Positions 55,372 to 64,000 of a stretch of DNA of 64,000 bases are shown one piece after another (the first letter of the stretch is position 1; each line of letters starts with the position of its first letter). The notes under the pieces are model-generated. The model had not been told where the DNA came from, did not search any database, and saw only the letters and a program-made list of their open reading frames with translations. Origin of the DNA: Oculina patagonica (lineage: Eukaryota); assembly GCF_052425735.1 (NCBI RefSeq), contig NC_135761.1, positions 9,362,001-9,426,000 on the forward strand, given 5' to 3'. The position numbers and the translations under genes were made by a program.

Positions 55372-56084
55372 TCGGCTTCTAGTCTAAAACCTTAACTGTA
55401 CACTTAGCGCAGCTAAGAACTTGTTATCTGTTTTTCGTGGAACCAGAAAATTTCTCACCGAAACAGAAACTTGATTTCCACCGTTGAAGGGCTAAGCTGA
55501 AACGATCACTTTATACTCGAACACGAGAACTTTATTTTATCTTTTTATGCTTTTACGCACAAGTGCCACGCAGCCAAGGAAATTCTACCTATCACTTGGG
55601 CCACGTTAAGAAGTCTTCCGAGTTCCTACTTCTTGCTAGAGACTCGAGTCAATCGGGAAAGGGTAGTTGCGACATTTTTATTACATATTGCTTTCTATTT
55701 CATCTTGAAAGTGGTTCAAGCCTCAACTGCTCTTGATAGCACATTTGCTTTGGAGCAAAGCTAACCGAGATCAATCACAAACGCAGATATTGCAGGAGTA
55801 TGTTGTCTTTTATTGACCAATACTTTTAACACAATTACACACGCGGAAAGCCGGGCTTCTTTAATTCACTACCGAGTTAACACAGGTCAGGTTTTGTTCT
55901 TGACGAGAAAACTACAACAGTTCGCTTGCACATCTACGCCTTTAAAAAAGTTGCCAGTTTCATTTGTTTGGTAATTTTCGAGAAAAGTTCGTTAAAGCTA
56001 AAAGTGAACAGTTTTTTGCCAGTTTATCAGCTACGAAAGATCAAACAGTTTTCCTGCGAATTCATTCTCGGTTTGTCAAGTCCT

Positions 56085-59688
<3,604 letters not shown>

Positions 59689-61038
59689 CTTTGAAAATTT
59701 TAAGCGAACGTTGTTGGGCTCGACTTTCCTGTGTCTTTGAGTTTGCAAATATGTCGCTCTTGGAGATTGTGGCGCGGTTTATAGCCAACGACTAATTTAT
59801 GCAAGTCTTTCTTTTGCACACAAAAGGGCACCTCCTTATACAGTAATGGCTTCATGACGTCATCGTTGACAGGCATTATGTGTTTTGGATTGTTTATTGG
59901 TAATCATGGTAAAACGCGACACCTGAAAGCCATTGTTCGAAAACAAAGCCACATGGGGGTTGAACCAATGAAAAATCACCTGATTTTTCATGTGATGTCT
60001 TTCGAAAACAAAATGCAAATTTTTGAGCGGCGATTATTAACAACATCTCCGGAAAACAAACCACGACAAAACCGCCAAGCAGAATATTAGTTATTTCGAT
60101 TAAATCCTTCATTTAATTTGCTCGAAAGAGGAAGGGAAGTGGTAACATTTTGATACTGACACAGAATCGTGATATTCACATCCGGTTTTGATAATTTATT
60201 TTATCTCGAATGATCTGTCAAAAGAGGCAACTTAGCAACTAAGGCGTGGCGGTGGATGGAATTCGTTCCAGTCTCCTTCTTAGCACGGGCGAAAAGCGAT
60301 GTGACAATTGGACGGGAATTTTTTTGGTTTCATTTTACAAAAGAAATCTATAAATAAATGTATATTTTGGCTGGCCCGGTTACCACACACCGATGAACTG
60401 TAAAAACTTTGATCATTTGCGATATTATCAAAGTTGAGACCACCTCGAAGCTTTTGGCAAATTTTGATATTATGCTCAGTAGACGGATAAACATTGAAAG
60501 TACTTGAGACAATTTTATTATATTATATCTTTTATTGTAATTAAGGTGTTCTTTCCAATACGCGCCAATGATTTCACTTCCGAAAACCAACATCAAGAGA
60601 AAAAATGTCAAAGTGGCCAATCTCAAGAAAAAAACATTTAAGTGGCTTGTACCGTCTGTAGACAGCCGATTTGAATACGTCACCCAGATTTTGTATTTAA
60701 TCAGAGCTCGAAGAGACCAAAAGAGCATTCTTAAAGTTTATACCCTTTCTTCTGGTTGCTGGGTTACGACAAAAATTACTTATCCCTTCCCAGGGGACGG
60801 GACTCGGGCAGTAGATAATAGGGAGTCAATTTAATTTACTTCATTGAAAAAAAGAAGAAAGAAAACCTCTTGAGAGTTTCTTGAGAGTAGGGTCCGGGTA
60901 TATATAAAAAAAATAACAACCCCGTTGCCAAGCCCCCGTTGACCCGTTGCCATGTACTTGAATGACTGTTACCCAGACCTTACCAGACCCATTCCCGTCG
61001 AGAAAATCTCGATGGTCCTGGTAACGAGCCTATTCAAG

Positions 61039-64000
61039 ATGGAGTCGCTTCGGCCGAATCGTGACCTTTTAGATCCAAAATTCGAGGGCTACAAACTATC
61101 TTTAGACCCTCTAACACTATCTTCTACGAACTTAGTGACTGCAGTGAATGATATACCAATCAGAGAGGAATTGTTTTCCTTTCAGCACATGCGGGCTTTT
61201 GGGAATCTAAATCACCTCGTGGTCGATTCGTGGATTGATGGCGGGAAACCTGAAGTCATTTATTTTGTGAATGAAAATTACAAAGTGCAGAGAGCTGCAG
61301 TTAAGGTGAGTGGAGTGGAAATAGATCACCAAGAAACTGAAGCCTGCAAATACAGACCTATTTCTATCTGTTTGCACGCTATGAAAGCTGTAGCAGAATT
61401 TTTTTTTATTTCATTGACTTCCCGCACTGTCATGTGAGTATGGATCATTCCATAGTATTTTATCTGCATGTTGTGGTTCAATTTTACCCTTGGTACAAAT
61501 TGGTATTTTCCTTTGCTCTGATCTGGTGTATTAAAGACCCCCCCCCCCCCCTCCTCCTTTGCTACCCTTTTTCAGGAACAGGGGGAAAGGGTGGTGTGGA
61601 TATGAAATGATATGGCTCCATTGGTCCACTGGTAGATTGACCTAGATTGGGATCAGCTTGAAATTATATTAATCTTCTTGATTGTGGGTAGGGTCAGATT
61701 TTTAGGCAGGGGATGCATTATTCTCTAGAAAATTTTTAGAATCTAAACATGCTTTAAATGTGCTGTTTAGAGACAAAACAAATAGTTTTCTATCCATTAG
61801 CAGTCTTCAAGGCCAAGGGGAACGTTAATTCTTTACACCAATAACATGATCAAAGTACGATTGAACTAACTGGTGTAAGCAAAGGAACAGCTGATTGATT
61901 GACTGATCCAAATACAATGCCTGTTAGTTATCATTTATTTCCTTTTCATTTATCTCCATTTATTTCCTACCTAAAGTTGTTTCAATAAAATGTATAGTTG
62001 GAAAGTTGAATACATGTAACATCTTTTGGTCTACAAGTCCAAAAGGTCAGTCAATTTGATCTTTCCAAGGTGATTTGATCGTGCAACTCTAATAGTGATT
62101 TTGGGAGTGGGGCAGGGAAGGACAGCCTAGTCAAACTGTGCCGGCAGCCGGCGATTTTGCACCTGCAATGAACTGCTGCTGCCTACTTCACTCTAAAGTT
62201 CATTAATTTTTTATTACCAGGACAAAGATATTTCTTCAGTGGATACAGTATTCAAAATACCAGCAGTAGACAAAACCAAAGAAACCTTGAATGCAACATT
62301 GTTCTTTCCTTCTCAATCACTGGCTTGTCTATCAGACGGGTGTGGCAAGCTTTTCTTGCTACAAACCGAAGGTAGAACAAAGGACATTTCTGAGAGTACT
62401 GTGTGGAAGGTTGCCACAGTTTACCAGTTTAATCAGCCATCTTTAATTCTTCACGCAGTCCAGTGCCAAGAAACAGGATCAGTCAGTTGCCTCTTGTTAA
62501 GTATCACTGAAAATGATGCGGCTACATCAGTGAAGGATGCCCATGTTGTTCATTTAGAGCTGATTACTTTTTCGCAAGTGACATGCATATCGTCTGGGGC
62601 TGTTAGTTACAGCTGTGAGATGTTACAACAGTTCAGAGGTTACAGTGCACCAGTGTATGCCGCCATTGAGCCTGGCTGTACAGCTATTTTAGTGGCAAGT
62701 GAAAGGCCTTTTTCTTTGGTCAAAGGTAAAGTTTATCTTTTCTGGATTATTTTTAAAGTGTTTACGACACGAAATCTTTTATTGGCTTTTTTCTTTCGTT
62801 GATGTGCTTAGATAAAGGATTCATAGTTAAAATTAGTCCAAAAAAGTTTTTCCGTCATTTTTTGCCTTCGAAATGTCGCACTCTCAGCCATCTTGAAAAT
62901 TCATCAAACAAGTAGACGTCACAAAGATGACGTAACGTACCTTTTGTCATAACGGCGCGCGGCAAAAAGGTTCGTCACGTCACCTTTGTGACGTCTACTT
63001 GTTTGATGAATTTTCAAGATGGCTGAGAGTGCGACATTTCGGAGGCAAAAAATGACGGAAAAAATTTTTTTTGGACAAATTTTAAACTATGAATCCTTTA
63101 TCTAAGCATATCAACGAAAAAAAAAAGCCATAAAAGATTTCGTGTCATATACACTTTAAGTCTACAGGACACAGAACAGACCATTGGTGTTCTACATGTT
63201 AAAGGGTTTTGGTTTTGCTCATGTGGAGTAAGGTAGCTTGCGTAGCATGCATTCCCGTACAAAACGCGCTGCTGGCTGCATGAAAGTCGGGGTGAGAGCA
63301 GCAACCAGAATGGGGTGAAGACCCTTCCTTCATATGGGGATGCTTGCTATGCAGGCTAGGAGTCAAATTCATTTTGATAGATTGGAGTCATGTATGAACA
63401 CACAATGGTCTGTTCTGTCTAAGATATGAATATACCGGTACTTCAATTTTTTCATTTTAGCTTTAAAATAATCTTTATGTGGTATATGTTTTCTTTAAGT
63501 TAATAAACAGAAGAATTTGAATGGTCATTTCCAAATTTAAAAATAAAAACTGTCAACATAAAATATGCTGGCAGTTTTTCGGTTTTGTTAATTATCAGCC
63601 ACTGGGTTATGCTAAAGGCTACATGGTTATTTACTCCTAGAAATTGGCTGGAACTCTAACCAAGAAAGGTATCCATTAAGTTCTCAGTTTTGTCTGACTG
63701 ACAGAGATAGCATTTTACCATACTACTGTTATCTGTTACATTAGGTGATGATGAAGAAAAGCTGCCAGAATTAAAATCCAGTGACCCATTTGAAGAGATG
63801 GCTGACAATGGATCTAACAGTACATCAGTGCCAGTATACAAATGGTCCCAGGACAGTCAAGATGTGACAGTCAGATTTGAAGTTCCAGAGGGTACAAAGA
63901 AAGAGGAAATATCCTGTAATATAAAAGCAGATTCCCTTGACCTTTGTGTTGGGAAAGAGGTCATGTTAAGTGGTCCACTTTTTGCAAAAGTGAACTCAGA
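61039..64000 (+). CDS. NUDCD1: NudC domain-containing protein 1, 3'-partial
   Basis: Exons 61039-61305, 62221-62725, 63745->64000. N-terminus MESLRPNRDLLDPKFEGYKLSLDPL..HMRAFG..DSW resembles NUDCD1. The CS/p23 domain begins YKWSQDSQDVTVRFEVP. An upstream in-frame ATG exists at 60952. Confidence 0.88.
62753..63159. mobile_element. ~400-bp near-perfect foldback MITE, TTAA-flanked (Kolobok/piggyBac-like)
   Basis: Arms of about 190 bp (TTAAAGTG..GACACGAAATCTTTTAT.. / ..ATAAAAGATTTCGTGTC..CACTTTAA) around a short loop near 62950. Confidence 0.85.

Overview
Eukaryotic, intron-rich, AT-rich DNA, most likely a stony coral or another anthozoan (inferred from the MITE/SINE repertoire and the intronless orphan GPCR). 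It holds the 3' part of a TRAF7-family gene (+, <1-11133), six complete 6-exon beta-tubulin genes (tub1 on +, tub2-tub6 on -), an intronless class A GPCR inside that array, and the 5' part of NUDCD1 head-to-head with tub6. Five tubulins are near-canonical and show a mosaic, gene-conversion-like pattern of sharing. tub2 is intact but strongly divergent, with a changed motor-binding surface and a long atypical C-terminal tail. tub5 has private substitutions (including F200) and a MITE inserted at its TATA box. Non-coding DNA is dense with nested MITEs, CORE-like SINEs and retroelement ends. It also contains a complete minimal type I hammerhead ribozyme (-, 17718-17762). Several repeat copies show strand-biased loss of T and may be assembly consensus artefacts. 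Exon boundaries were read by hand from GT-AG sites and frame continuity; no database searches were run.
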